Assembly (NCBI GenBank): GCA_012026655.1
Contig: JAAILG010002313.1
Coordinates: 1 to 55,808 of the forward strand
Origin: Hydrolagus affinis
Lineage: Eukaryota
Direction of reading: 5' to 3'
Length of the DNA stretch: 55,808 nucleotides
Position numbers and translations under genes: made by a program. Positions 1 through 13,430 of this stretch are shown here, one piece after another (positions within the stretch are counted from its first letter, which is position 1; the number at the start of each line of letters is the position of its first letter). The notes under the pieces were generated by a model that saw nothing but the letters and a program-made list of their open reading frames with translations, made no database searches and was not told where the DNA came from.

Positions 1-140
1 TGGGGTGATGGTGGCTGTTTTGAGGGAGGTAGGGACGGTGCCTGAGGAGAGGGAAAGGTTGATGGTGTCAGAAATGAGCGGGGCCAAAAGGTGGAGCTGG
101 GTGCGGAGGAGGGGGGTGGGGATGGGGTCCAGTGAGCACG
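1..140 (-). mobile_element. L2-clade LINE ORF2 fragment (region just N-terminal to the RT core), 5'-truncated here and continuing off the left edge
   Basis: Reverse strand translates without stops as CSLDPIPTPLLRTQLHLLAPLISDTINLSLSSGTVPTSLKTATITP, matching the L2/CR1-group motif C.LDPIP..LL...I..IN.SL..G.VP..LK.A.ITP; abrupt switch to AT-rich DNA at ~141. Confidence 0.9.
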
Positions 141-298
141 TATAAATACATTATAAAAGCTTGCTTCAACTATGAAATTATTTGTAATTTCTTTTGTGCT
201 CTTTGTCGAACCCTTGAGTCATTAGAAACTGCTTTCCATGTCTTTGGAAGATAACGAATGAAAGAGATCATACACATTTCTCACCTTTAAAATATGGA

Positions 299-391
299 GT
301 CACTATACAGTGATTCCTGTGAAGTGCTTTGAGATGCCTCGATGATATGTTAAGGTGCTATACCAAATACAGTACAAGGATTATTAATATT
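299..391 (+). mobile_element. SINE 3' tail fragment (main SINE family)
   Basis: tgtgaagtgctttgagatg...gtgctataccaaa...caaggattatt aligns to the tail of the full copy at 8519-8824. Confidence 0.75.
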
Positions 392-2189
392 CCCCTGTTC
401 TTATGATTCAATGATCCATTGTACACAGTACTTTAGAATGGAGTGGTGAATTGCCATAAGAACTGAGTGTGATTTGACAGAATAGGGTAGTTTTGACAAG
501 AGATAAAAGGCATCTGCAATGGTTAGATGTCAATCAGATTTGTCATTTCAATGTTTTTCAGGTACAACAGGTAAAGATGAGTAATCTACTCAAATACCAG
601 TAAGTGAATTTTCTTCTGTCAATGTATTCACCATTACATTGATAGATGTACTGTGGAGTTCTTTTGTCTGATAATTTTTACTATTTTTGATATCCTTGAA
701 AATTTAGTTAACTTGCTTGAATGTTACTAAACATTGCCTTGGAAATTAATAAATTGAACAATTACACAAACTAATAAATGCTTGTGTCACATTAATTATG
801 CACATTCTCTTCAAAGATATATATGATCGTTCTATTTCTGCTGACAACCTCCGGTCCGATTACTATTCGAGACTGCAAACTTTAAAGATGGGTCTTTTTA
901 CAGATTAATATCGCCCATTATCTTACAAAGTGTCAACTGTGGAAGATTAAGTTAGGCAACAGAGTAGCAAATTTTTCTAATGGTTTAAAGGCTTCATCAA
1001 GCATAAAAAACTAATTGTAGTCAGCAGCCAAGGGAAGACAGAGTGTGTACTATAAATACAGACCTATGTGTCTGTATTTTGTCACTCTGCCATTAAGCAT
1101 GCAGCGGTAATTCTGATGAATGTATTTAAATTAATACAAAATATAAAGCCATGTTTTTAGCTCTTGATTTTTCTTCTTCAGTACATCCTGGTTATCCTGA
1201 TTCTACTGGAATCAACGAACTTCTGGTACCTTGACTAAACAGCGATTATTTATAATGAGAACCTAAAAAGTGAAGTTATACTTATAGCTAAAAAATAGTT
1301 GTTTTTCTATGTTTTCATAATGTCATTTTCCCATTATAAAGACTTGGGAAAATATTGTTACTTTTCCTGAACCCTTGGCTGTCAGAACTGAGAATTTTAA
1401 TCCAGCAGTCTGGTTTGGATTTGAATCCTGGCCCCACAATTGAAATGTTAATCTTACTGACTGCTGTATTATGTATGATAGAGTGCTGTACCGTGACTCC
1501 TGAAGATATAATGCAATTATTAGCCCTCAGTCTCATTATAATTATTATAAATAAATAATTCTTTATTCAGCTTCATTGTACATCAATTAAACTCCCTGGT
1601 CACAAATGTCTTTGTGAAATTGATAATGAGTATTAAATCCACTTCCTGAGTTTCACTCTGAATTGGAAAGGAAGATGGTTTCCTTGTCTTGTTGAAAAGA
1701 AATGTACAGTACCAACTTGGCTATATGTAATTTTGGACATCCCACTTTTGTTTAGTCCAACTCAACAGTCTATTATTTTAATATTTCCAACCACTATAAT
1801 TTTAGATGACTTTACTATTATTCACATAAATGTTTGGCTTTAGTTATGTATATGCCCAAATCATGTTTCTCTTGTTAACTGGCCACACTGGTTTGGTCTG
1901 TGGGTTTTTGCACACATAACTATCTTAACTGCCCACAAGGAGATCTATCTGAGTGGTTCTAAACCACCTCAAATTATTATTGTAAAGTCTTCTCCACCTG
2001 ATCTATATAAAGGAATTAAGACTCAATCAGTTTAATTCTCACTAAGAGAACCTCGTCAAACCAATGTGAGGTAGCAAGAAACAAGGCAAACAGGGCTGTA
2101 TTGCCACATCATGTGAGTTTACAAGAGATTCGCAAGATGTACAGTATGCTGGTCTTGGATATATAAACACATGTTATGGTTGTTGTTAA

Positions 2190-2645
2190 TGAGTAAAGTT
2201 CTGGTTATAAAAAGGATGTCTGACCCTAGACACAGTGTAGATGAAAGAAACAAAAGCAATCCTCAGTGTTAGGGAAATGAGCTATGCACAAGGATTAGAT
2301 ATACAAGGTCCTTTATCTTTGAAAAGAGCCATTTCACAGGACGCTTTATAGAAGTAAGTGAGATTTCAAATGAGATTGTGAAAATAAGCTCGGAAGAATA
2401 CTCTCAGCAGAACAATAGATTCAGCGCTGCAAAGAGCAATTTCATAACAGACAACAGAAAATATTTATTTACCCAGAGGTAATTAACGGTCAGAACAGGT
2501 TACTAGGAAGGTTACTAGGATGTTGGACTTATTTAAGAAAAAGCCTGATGTTGTATTGGGTGAATGTTATGGTGGGTATTTTGGAATGATGAGATCAAAT
2601 GTGCTGAAGGGCCTTCTTCATCCATTCCAAACCAATCTTGTGCTT
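2190..2645 (+). mobile_element. Degenerate CR1 LINE 3' end
   Basis: Decayed ORF2 C-terminal motifs (atgagctat ~ MSY; tctttgaaaaga ~ SLEKR; agaaaatatttatttacccagagg = RKYLFTQR) followed by a CR1-type 3' UTR (tgtgctgaagggccttcttc). Confidence 0.65.
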
Positions 2646-4249
2646 TTCTGTGGAGGCGCACTCAGGTCTGCTGTGAGGAAATTGAAATGTTGTATTGGAT
2701 TGTGAAGCAGGGAATCATATTCTGAGACTGGAATTCAGACATGTTTTTGGAAAAGAGTAGATTGGCCTTAAACACTCTGGAAAAAGATACATTTCCTGGT
2801 GTCTGTCCTGAAATCGTGTTTTGCAATCTGAACCACAACTGATCTGGAAACCCTCACAAGGTGGAAAAAAAGTAGAAAATGTATCTTTGTGCAAACACCG
2901 GTGGCCTTTACTTCACCTGGTGACTGAAAGCCTCTCTACCTCCATAAAATTGCTTTCTTCGACTGTTCATAGTAGAATGTGGCTGTTGATTTCCAAATGT
3001 CAGATACTGGGAATAGTTAAAGTGAAAGCTCTTTGAACTAGTAATGGTGTTTAATTGGAAATTCCTGGATTAATGATTGCAGTGAACTGAGACAAAGCTG
3101 CCTGACGGTTTCCCAGTAATTTACCAGGTTAGAGTCATCCTTAAACAGTCTCTTATTAGTAAATGATAGTTTATAATCTATTATTAATCATCTTAAGTAA
3201 TAAAAAAGCAAAACCTTTTTAGTTGCCTTGTGATGGAGAGGGAGCAGCAATGTTTGTTTTCTGCATTAACCTGTACTTGTATTTCCAAGGGATTAAACAT
3301 TTCTGCGCCCGCCCCATATAATTTAATCAGTTAATGGTGCCATTGTGAATTAATCTGTGTATTGTTTGTGACAGACTTGTGTCGTTGTGATTCTCTTGCC
3401 TTTCTGTTCATTAAACATATCTAGAATTTAACAACAATCAGATCTATCATTCACAACAACATGCCTTTTTAACAGAAAAATGACCCAGCACTGATGTCCT
3501 CACTGCCTATACTGATAAGTAAGTGATTCAGTGGTGAAATTGACTGTTTAATCCAGGGTTTTGTTGTAGATACAATATTTCAAATCCCTTTTGGACAAAG
3601 TGCCATCACCATTAGAAAATGATCCTAACAATTGGCATATTGATGTCTCTGAGTTAATAAAAACTGATGTTTCAAAATACAAAAACACTCTGGCTTAAAG
3701 ACTTTTACAAGATCTTATTAAAAATTTAGAACATGGAGAGGCAAACAAAACCTCAATGGTTGCTCTTTACGAGACTATTTTTCCAGCTGTATTTATAAAC
3801 AATCTGAGTGTAGAAGACATTCTGATTGAAAAATCGCATTTAAGGTCAGCTTTAACTGAACTCTGAAAGCATTAGATTTCGCTCAGTCTGGGATTGGTCC
3901 CAACGTATCATCTTTAAATCAATGGGTAGGTCCCTCTTTGCTACTCTTCTAGCTCAAACATCGATTGAATGGCACAAACAAAAACTCAGACTCTCCTGAT
4001 CACATTATATATCTGCTAGGAAATCAATACGGAAATTTTAAAATAAAAGGAAAGTACGCCTCACAGCTGAATGAAATCCTATCTGAACTGGAGTGAGATG
4101 CTCACAAAGACAGGGAGTAAAGAGCCCTGAAAGTAGCGCAATTCGATGCGCAATGTCCAACCCTACTAGCACTAAAATGTGGGCAGCTGCACGGAAGAGT
4201 TGGAAACTTGGACATGTTTCACAAAGGATTAACTAAATTGACACAAACA

Positions 4250-4312
4250 AAACCAACAACAAAATTACACTTGTATAGTGCCTTTCACGTTGGGAGGACG
4301 TGCTGAAGACGG
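4250..4312 (-). mobile_element. L2 LINE extreme 3' end
   Basis: Reverse complement acgtcctcccaacgtgaaaggcactatacaagtgtaattttgttg matches the L2 3' end at 31650-31709. Confidence 0.8.
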
Positions 4313-4639
4313 ACCAGAGCTTTGCATTGTTTTTTGCAGCGCAGCCCCCACCACCACCCGCTGTTTCTACCCGGTTGAGCATTTCATTGAAACCATTTTC
4401 AGTTTCAGTTTGATCCATAGACTAAACAGTGAACTTTTGGAGTAATTTTGATCTGATGCAATGTGAATGCACTGATTATTTAAGACAGCTGAGGTTTTTA
4501 CACTGTCCAAAAATAGGTAAGCACTGAAATAAATCTACAGGAAGGTCTATGTGTAATCAAGTAGATGAATTGTACAGTATATAAAGTTTTTCTTTTCAAA
4601 TTAAATTTTCCATTTTTTATCAGAGGCATGAAGTGACTG

Positions 4640-4753
4640 TGTGGCCACAGAAATACAGTCACTACACTTCATCATAACATTTTGTGAAACAATTTGTGAT
4701 GTTGTCCTGATGTGAAATGTGCTATATCAAATATAATGATTAATAATAATAAT
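4640..4753 (+). mobile_element. Degenerate SINE 3' tail
   Basis: aaatacagtcactacactt...tgtgaaa...gatgtgaaatgtgctatatcaaat followed by (aat)n. Confidence 0.6.
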
Positions 4754-5326
4754 GAGATTTGTATTAAAATCAGGTGAGGAAATTATGGAACCACTAACTA
4801 TCATATTTTTTACTGGTGTTTTCCTTTATGGGGTAGATATGAGGACTTTTTTTTAAAAAAAAGTGGGTTTACACTTAGTTAATGACTCTCTTTCTCCTTT
4901 GTCATGGTTCACCCTACTCCTTTTCAAACTCATTCAATCTGCTTAGTGTTCTCTCTCATTAAATCATGTCTGACCAGCCATAAAACCAACTACAGTACAC
5001 TTTCAATTGTAACATCACCAGATTTTCAAAGCAACGCTAAGATCTCTTACATGGGCATGAACATCCTGCAATAATTCAGACTTCTCACCCGAAATATGAA
5101 TTTTCATGACCTTTCTGCAATGTGTTTGTGTCCTTACCCTTTCTCGTACCGTATTAAAGCAGTTTTTCTCTTTGCCTTGTCTACTATAGCTTTTAATGTA
5201 GCAGTGTAATAAAGCACATCCTAGAATTTACATAAACTCGCCAGGAAAACACAAATATCAAATAATTTCCAACACAACAATTTGCTTGGACTCTTGTCAT
5301 TTCTAGCACTGAATTCCATCCATCCC

Positions 5327-5527
5327 AATAATATTATCATAATAATCCTTGCATTTGATATAGTGATTCGCCAATCAAATTGCAACCAGAATTCTACTTA
5401 ATTCTAGGCAAACAGAGGTGTGTGGAGTAAAGAAACATCCTTAAGGTTTTGACCCACCCAGGAATCAAATCTGTGTACTCTCGTTTGTGAGGCGAGCCAG
5501 CTAACCACAAAGCTATGGGTCTCCACA
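5327..5527 (-). mobile_element. SINE with tRNA head and CORE-like segment joined directly to the last ~35 nt of the tail (central deletion)
   Basis: Head (reverse complement tgtggagacccatagctttgtggttagc...cctcacaaacgagag) and tail (ctatatcaaatgcaaggattatt) are both present; the Deu-like segment seen in other copies is absent. Confidence 0.85.
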
Positions 5528-7627
5528 ATCTACCACTTGGAAGCAGTGCAGGTGTAACTGGATTGCTATATGTGTTTTATAACAAAACAGGTACAAACTC
5601 ATATCATGATAGATACTGATGAGACACTGCTCCAGATAGAGGGAGAAAAATTAAGATGAGTTCCCGTCAGCTACTCTCTTCGTTTCAGGTCAGGCCCACT
5701 AAAAAATAAAATGGAAAGGCTTCCAAAAACATGCAAAATGTTAATATTTTAAAATGTGAAAATACATTAAAGAGATTGGCACTAGGTATTGGCATGCACC
5801 TCACGGCAGATCATTGCAAGTTAATTGCCTGTGCAGTAATTCTACCTCCACTTGAAGAATCCAGTTTTTAAATTATCTGTCTATAAAATCAAGATACGTG
5901 TAAACCTGTTAGTGGTGACAACAGGTCATATTGCCATACTGTTCATGAAGATTACTATTGCATGAATGAGTAGATTATTTTGACAGTTCATTATCACTAG
6001 TACGCTGTTTTGTAGATGTGTGCGTGTGTGTGTGCATATCTGTCTGTCTCTCTCTCTCCCTCTCCGTATTTTTTTCGTATTATTTAACACTTGGGAAATA
6101 AGTTGTCTCAAAGCAGTCACACTGGAACAGCAGGCTCAAAGTGACGTCTAGTTTCTTTATCTCTTTGTGAGAAATTCTAATTATGTAAAGTAAAACTAGG
6201 ATTGGAAATGAAAATGTTCAGTCAGTTTAATTCATTGGCTATTGATCTTACATTGACTACTATAGTTAGGAAAGCAAATAAATTTTGATTTGATGATTTG
6301 ACTTGAAAATCAGACTGACATAAAATGCAGAAGTGATTCGAAGATGTTAAACTTTCCTTCAATTAAATATAAAGGCAGAATGGTTACTGTTAATTGATTT
6401 TTTACATAAATTACAGGTTATGAATAATCAAATATGGATTTTAATGTGATATGCAGTTTTGCTAATTGGTTGTATTCTAGTTCACACTGGCAGAGGGCAG
6501 CCTTGGGTAAAAGGTGTGTTGAACACAGCTTAATACTATATTGTGTAAGGCCCATGAACAGTACATCTGCGATGTTTGCCTTGCTCTGGACAAAGGTGTG
6601 AGCTCAGTGGCAAAAATGTTCATATCAACACCTAATGTGTACTAGTAAAATGTGGGAAATTTATTTATTTGTGTTCAGTTTAGCCATTGGTGACACCTGT
6701 CTTGGATGATCAGGAGTCTGGGATATGTAATGAGTATGACTGTGAGTAGCTGTGGTACGGATCCAGCTGATCTGATAACCACTGCTACAACCCTGACACA
6801 GGAATAAATCCAAGGACTCTGCAAAGGTTTTATACTTAATTTCTTTCTAGTCTTATGGTTATTGGCTGGTGCTAATAATCAATTTTATTGTCACTGGTGG
6901 AACCCCAAGAGATATGTTTTGCATTGTGAAATGTATTCCATATGCAGTTGTTAATTTGCTTCACAGTAAGACCTGACTTTAAAGAAGTCTTAGTCTTTTG
7001 ATTTGGGTTTGCTTTTCCAGTGCTTTAAGATGCACATAAAATGTGCTTGAGTTGATTGTATCTGGACTAAACATCCAGTCTAACAAAACCGCACGTCATA
7101 GATTGTGGATAGCAGTTTAAAGGGTCCAAAGACCTGTTTTAATCTATCTGTAAAATATTGTAGGAAGACCAGTTTGGCTGTTTAATCAATGTTGGTTGAA
7201 CATATATTATAGGAATCCAGAATGGTTAAATCAAATGAGTACTTATAATAAAAACTGAAAAGTGATTCAACTGGCAATTAATATTTGTGTTGATTATCGA
7301 CCAATAATCACTGAAAGTATCCAGTCAAAACACATTATTTAAATTCTGTGTGACACTCAAACAAAACATTTTGAATACAATGCCTCTTTTGAGAACTGTA
7401 CTCTACCTTCATCATGGCATTCAAGTGTATAAGAAGAATAAGAATAAGAGATAATTTTGTAATTTGAAGTTATAAGGACAGGCTCACTGGATTTACCTGA
7501 AATGTAGAAAAAAATAATTTCAGCTTCTTGAGAGTCCTTTAACTTTTACAGAACATGCAAGGCAAGCATAAAATTTACAAAACTATCAAATTGCTTTGTG
7601 GTTTCCTCTTTGTTGGCTTCAGCTCCT

Positions 7628-7679
7628 TGTGACGTCCTCCAGATGTGAAAAGAACAAATGTAATTTTGTTGTTGTTTTC
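7628..7679 (+). mobile_element. L2 extreme 3' end
   Basis: gacgtcctccagatgtgaaaag...aaatgtaattttgttgttgtt. Confidence 0.7.
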
Positions 7680-7789
7680 TGGGACAAATCAGGCCAGTGG
7701 CAAATCAGGCTCCACTCTACTTGTTTCTGGAGTGTATTATGTTCAAAGGCCAAAACATGCACCTTTTCATCTCAATTTTAACCTGTTCC

Positions 7790-7835
7790 TCAGTACATCC
7801 TCCTGATGTGAAAGAGCTATACAAATGTAATTTTA
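7790..7835 (+). mobile_element. L2 extreme 3' end (degenerate)
   Basis: acatcctcctgatgtgaaagagctatacaaatgtaatttt. Confidence 0.6.
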
Positions 7836-7837
7836 TA

Positions 7838-8098
7838 TTCTGAGGCAAAATCTTGGGCAAATATCCTTACAGCACATGCCTTATAATAATCCCTCAAGAA
7901 AAAAAACAATAAATTGGTCACTTCCACCCATGACTGTTTGTGGGACGCTGCTGTGCGCAATTGGATACCGTGTTTCGTCCACATATATACAGTCAATGCA
8001 CAAATATACAATCAATACAGAATATTCTGTGAAGCGCTTTGAGACATTTAGAAGATGTGAAAAGCGCTGTATCCAACGCAAGGATTATTATTATTATT
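7838..8098 (+). mobile_element. SINE, short variant, head truncated
   Basis: cttgggcaa (CORE-like), tgtgggacgctgctgtgcgcaattgg (Deu-like), tail tgtgaagcgctttgagac...caaggattattattatt. Confidence 0.9.
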
Positions 8099-8518
8099 CT
8101 TGTTCATTTAAGTTAATCCAGAGAAATACTCTTTAGTCTTGAGAGTTTGTTTCTGCAGTTGACTTGATTGATTTTCATTATTGGTCATTTAAAGTGATGA
8201 CATTGAAATAAATTGGTTTGGTTTGGAATTGTTGTTTCAAGTTGCAGTTGCTGATAAAGAGAAGAGAACAGCATTGATTATTGGAACCGGGCTTTGTCGT
8301 GATGCAGAACTTGAATTCGCAGTCATTGCTTCACACTGAAGCAACACCTTAAAGTTGGATAGAGCTAGATTGCAGCAACTAATCCCCAAAAACCAAGTGT
8401 GGAGGGGCTTTCTGATGCACTTACATGGCGTAAAAAACAGATTTGCTTTGTGATCTGAAGAAGAATCAGCACATACCAATATTTCAAAGAAATCATAACA
8501 CCCGAATAGTAGAAATAT

Positions 8519-8824
8519 TGTGGAGTCCTATAGCTCAGTGGTTAGAGCATGAACCTCACAAACGAGAGACTTGGGTTCAGTTACTGGCGGGGTGAAACCT
8601 TAGGCAAGTTTCCTTACTCCACATGTCTGATAATAATCCCTCAAGAAAAAAAATGGTTCCTCAATCCAGGACTATTTGTGGGATACTGCTGTGAGCAATT
8701 GGCTGCTGTGTTTCACCCACAAATATACAATCAATTCACTTTACATTATATTCTGTGAAGCGCTTTGAGACGTCTAGAAGACGTGAAAAGCACTGTATCA
8801 AATGCAAGGATCATTATTAATATT
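8519..8824 (+). mobile_element. Full-length tRNA-derived SINE, short variant (tRNA head, partial CORE-like, Deu-like, L2-like tail)
   Basis: A-box tagctcagtgg, B-box-like ggttcagttac, Deu-like tgggatactgctgtgagcaattggctgc, 3' stem-loop and (att)n tail; AATATTGT occurs at both ends (8514-8521, 8819-8826), a possible TSD. Confidence 0.92.
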
Positions 8825-9438
8825 GTACACACTTTGTTAATAGCTACTTTTTTGTATCTGTGAAGCTGAAATAATGTCATTCTTGAATCTATCCAACATA
8901 TACAAAATAACTATCCTAGTGCCAACTATCTTTTGTGAGTAGGACTGTGATAATTTCTCCAATTCCCTTTTTGACATGTGCAAAATGTATCAACCTACGC
9001 ATAAATAATACACTTGTGATAAAGTACACATTGCTAACAATGGCCCTTTGAAAGATGTCTCTTTGTTTTAGATTTCAACCCAATCGTGTTCCACATTTTG
9101 CTACAGAACCAGATTACTACAAGATGAAAATGAGTCAACATGCTCCAGTTTTCATCCCTCTTAATGATTTTCTAATGATTAATCAGTCTTGCCTGTTCTG
9201 ATGGTTGACTTGACTCTTTTGTTCTGATTTTTACACCCAGCAACAAAGCTGTTCTTTGCAATGATGTAATGGCAATATCACGTTAGTAGCAGCCTATACA
9301 GAACAGTGAATAACAAAGTGAGTGCTGAAAGCCCAGCTGCAGCAGTGTTGAGATTACTGTGCAATAGAAGTTTATTTTGATTGGGTGGTGAAACGGAGAA
9401 TAACTAACCAATATTAGAATTCATCCCACTGAATATTC

Positions 9439-9472
9439 TGTATGTGTGTGTGTGTGTGTGTGTGTATGTGTG
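9439..9472. repeat. (TG)n microsatellite
   Basis: Direct read. Confidence 0.95.
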
Positions 9473-10458
9473 CAATTGGTGCGTGGTTAACTCCATAGCT
9501 TTTGAACGACAGTGATATTCTATTAAACTTATTTGGCATTTTGTTCATATCAGGAATTTCATGTACATTAGTAGGGATCTTTGCCCACTTGCAGCTGGCA
9601 TTGTGGAGTTAGAAGAAATTCTTACTGGATTATCATATACAGAACATTTTGAACACATGATTGAAATTCTATCTGGTTGGGATAGCCAAGCCTAAGAGCA
9701 GCTATTTACAACACATACGCGCCACACACACACACAAACTGCAATAATGAAGTTCCATCTCACACCAAATGTCACTCACATGGTTATCAAACAAAACCCT
9801 GGATGCTTTGTTGATAGTTCTCTGTCAGTCTCACTACCCGTGTCCTCTCTCCTTAGCCAATACCTCCAGCACTAGATAAACTGGGTAATAGTAAACCAGT
9901 AAATTGCTATTACTATGAGGGTTTTTAAAAAATGCATCAAAGTTGGTCAATACCCTGCTTCACATTACCACCAGGAGGATAAGCTACTCCCATGTAACCC
10001 AGAGCAACATCAGAAATTCAGCCCACTGATCAATCTATAATAGATTTTCCATTTGTGCATGTAAGTGTACACGCAAGACGGTATGTTTGCACATGTGTTT
10101 TGAGAAGGATAAAAGGTCATCCTCCATCTGTGTAATGGAAGAATAAAAAAAACTCAGCTCACTTAGAAATGTTGGATTGTGTGCATGTTAGAGCAATCGT
10201 CTATATTTGCGTACCTGTGCATGAACTCCATTCCCCGTTGAGCTGAAAAACAATCTTCCCATTATTAAGGTGACCTTTAGTCTTTGCAGTAACATGGGAG
10301 GGAAGGGTTGACCAGATCTATATTTCACTATTGTAAATCGAAGCAGCGGAGGTTTTGTTTTACCCCACCCTTGCACCTCGGGATTCAAGATGCATTCTAT
10401 GTTTAATATAAAGAGACAAAATGTCAGGATTAATCTGAACCCTCAAGAGAGACAGAGA

Positions 10459-10487
10459 GAGGGGGGTGGGGGGTGGGGTGGGGGGGC
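10459..10487 (+). repeat. G-rich tract with G-quadruplex potential
   Basis: Four runs of at least 4 G separated by single T. Confidence 0.8.
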
Positions 10488-10984
10488 GAAAAATTGTTTT
10501 TTTGTTTTGCAATTAAATCAGGTCATGCAGAATAAAACTGGATATTCAAGAAATGATTGATGAATCTGTGTAATATTTGCCAAATGAAAAATAGACTGAA
10601 TGAACCAAGATCAGTGTTTCAGCTTTGGCCTTCATTACTACTATTGAAGATTCATGTCAATATTTTAAAACGTGACTTGCTGTGTTTTAATATTTATTGG
10701 AGATCTCAACTTGTTTGACTATATTTTTTATAATTTCTCAAAGAAGCTGCATTCTGGGACCAAAGATTCGACTTTGCTTTGGTTGCTATTCTGGAGGTGG
10801 TGCCAAGTATATGAAACCCTTTAGATCTACTTGTTGCACTGAATGATCATCGTCAATGCTCAAACACAAAAACAGAAATCCTGTTCACTTGCCACTTTGG
10901 TGGTAAGTCAGGATACCTAGCTGCCCTTATTCAAACCTACTGCTCCAATGAGGCATTTTACATAATATAGCATTGGAGACTTTG

Positions 10985-11330
10985 AAATTAGGAAGAGGAG
11001 ATGTTATTTGACTCCTAAAGCTTGCTACCCCTAGAGAGCATGTGTTTATGATGAACTTCACCTGATTTGTTTAATCTCCTGAGGGAGTTCCATGACTTTG
11101 GTAGGAGTTCAATCTAGACATCTTGGAGTCTCTGGAGAGGGAATACTTCTCATCTCAAATTAGTTCTAAAATTACTTGAGGTTTGCCAATTGTATATTCC
11201 TATCCTCTAGATTCGTGATTATAGTTTTTAAATTGTACACCCTTTACTTTAAAAAAAAACTTAGTATACCCTCTCAATCATATTTTCTTCTAAAATCCAA
11301 TTTATTCTGTATCTTTTCGGTTATGTAATC
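10985..11330 (-). mobile_element. Degenerate CR1 LINE 3' end
   Basis: Starts with ttaggaagaggagatgttatttgactcctaaagcttgct (reverse CR1 3' UTR pattern), then decayed reverse-strand ORF2 C-terminal features. Confidence 0.5.
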
Positions 11331-13377
11331 GGTGCGCATTCTGATACAAAGTAGTTTAGTAGATAGTATAGGTTTCTGTTCCCTAGACTGCCAAAAGTTT
11401 TGAGTTCCTGAGAACATTTTCAACACTAACTGATACAATTTCAACAATTTTTAAACATCCGAGGATACGGATCTTTGGGGGCAGAATGAATTCCCAAACT
11501 CATCTCTGATAGAATCTTAAAGAGGGAATTTTTCAGAGATGATTGTGTGGACCCATCAACAAAATGATTGCTCATTTTAGAGATCAACTGCCTATTTGTT
11601 TTCTAGGGTGGTGGATTCATTGACAATATTTGGGTAAATAATCCTGAGTCACTACACGATGAAATCATTGGTACACATATTGTTTTATTCCAATGAAAAG
11701 AGTTTGTCACCTGGACACTCTTGTAAGATATTGGATGGTGAGCAGGTATACACTTTAGGTTTTATGAGCTAATTTGAGATGAGAATGACTTGGAAACAAA
11801 CCTGTGTGTGGCGTTGTTCTTTTTATATTCGTGACAGCTGACACAGCTCAAATATTGAAATGCTGAATAATATATGAGGTTGGGTTGGGAAGGTTAAGTT
11901 TGGTATTGAACCATCTGTCAATATGACATATATTTAATGGTGCGACGATCAAGACATTTTTATGACATTCCGTCAGTAAATCAGGCTCTTGGTATTTCAA
12001 AAACCATTTCTACATTGATACTGAAAGCAAATATGTGGATGAAACAAGGGTGAGAAAAATCACCTTTTGAGGGGTACTGGTGGAAGGGATCATTACCTCC
12101 TGTATTATTTTTGTATGTGGAAGTTATATTTGTCTCATGTTTTACATTAGCACTATTTTCCGTTGTAGAGATAATGCTATAGAAGAAAGTAGACAAAATG
12201 CCTGATATCCATTTTCCAATTTTCCTACTATCACCTCGTTTGTACCCAGGGGTGTATTCAACCCTCACTTTCAGTTCTGTGGAATAATTTTACAATTTAA
12301 TTGCTTTATATTTTGGGAGAAATAAAAGAGAATATTTCCCAGAAAAAAAATTGTCAAGTTGCTTGCCTCCCATATTAGATCTAAATTTCCATTCAATCCC
12401 TGTCTTAATGTATATTATAAGGATTGATTGGTCACTTTCTGTGCCGTATAATTCTATGAAGGAGCGTGAAGTAACCTATTCCCAGACCTAAAAGCTGTTT
12501 GTGATTAGGTATGTGAACATGATGCAGGTTAAGTTGCCTTCCAGCTTTTCTTTATTATGGGCAAGCACCTAATCTTTGCTTTCAAATTCCCTCAATAATA
12601 CACCATGCTCACTGCAAGGGTACAATCACCAACCACACTACGTACTACTCTGAGTTTCACACTCTCAACAATATCTTCAGTCAATTCTCTACATCCAGTA
12701 TTATGAAAGCGTCTCCTGTGGGACGGGGAGAAGCATTTCCTGTTCAAAGTATTTTATATCATCGCGTCAGCACATTCTCTGGTGACTGGCCATGTCCCTT
12801 AGATGTCTTAGATTTACTTATAAACCAAACTGAATGTATAGGGCATGCATTCCCATGCTGATACTCTAAACATTCTGATCTGTTCTTCCACAAGAAAGTG
12901 ATGTGCTGCCCATTGGGAAATCATAGGTGTTTCTACCTTAAGTATAGTCTGCACATAATGTAAATGTTGGCAACATATTAATAATGGACCTGATTGTTGC
13001 CTTTTGTTAATGCAAACACTTTCATTATTCATGCAATTGTTTCAGCTTGCCACCTCATCGTTCACTAAGTACTGGAAAGTAGCCAATGTTAATGTCATAC
13101 TAAAGTATTTAAACTGTCCCATCATTATAAATTAGAAACATTTTTCTAAATGAGTTTTTTGTAAAATAGTATGCTTCATGCTTTATGCTTTAGGGACTAC
13201 ACTAGAGTAGAACTATATAATGCCCTTATCCGTGAGTACTTGAAAAAATTCTGTGTGTGTGTAATACATTAAAGTGTCATTTCAAAGTACAGGTTTGTTA
13301 AAAAGAATATATTATAAATTTAGTGCCCTGTTGACTGCACCTTCCATGCTTGTGGTATTTGTGAGATGTTTTGCTGA

Positions 13378-13430
13378 AACAACAATAACAAATTGGATTT
13401 ATAAAGTGCCCTTCACATTGAGAGGATGAA
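13378..13430 (-). mobile_element. L2-type 3' tail remnant
   Basis: aacaataacaaattggatttataaagtgcccttcacattgagaggatg resembles the reverse L2 tail. Confidence 0.55.

Noticed and set aside
8519-8595. tRNA gene (also 53511-53585)
   Set aside because: A/B boxes are present but the cloverleaf is broken and the sequence runs into a SINE body
10824-10907. 78-nt symmetric exon ending at gtaagt
   Set aside because: Weak acceptor; NTKTEILF resembles a decayed LINE RT motif rather than a host protein
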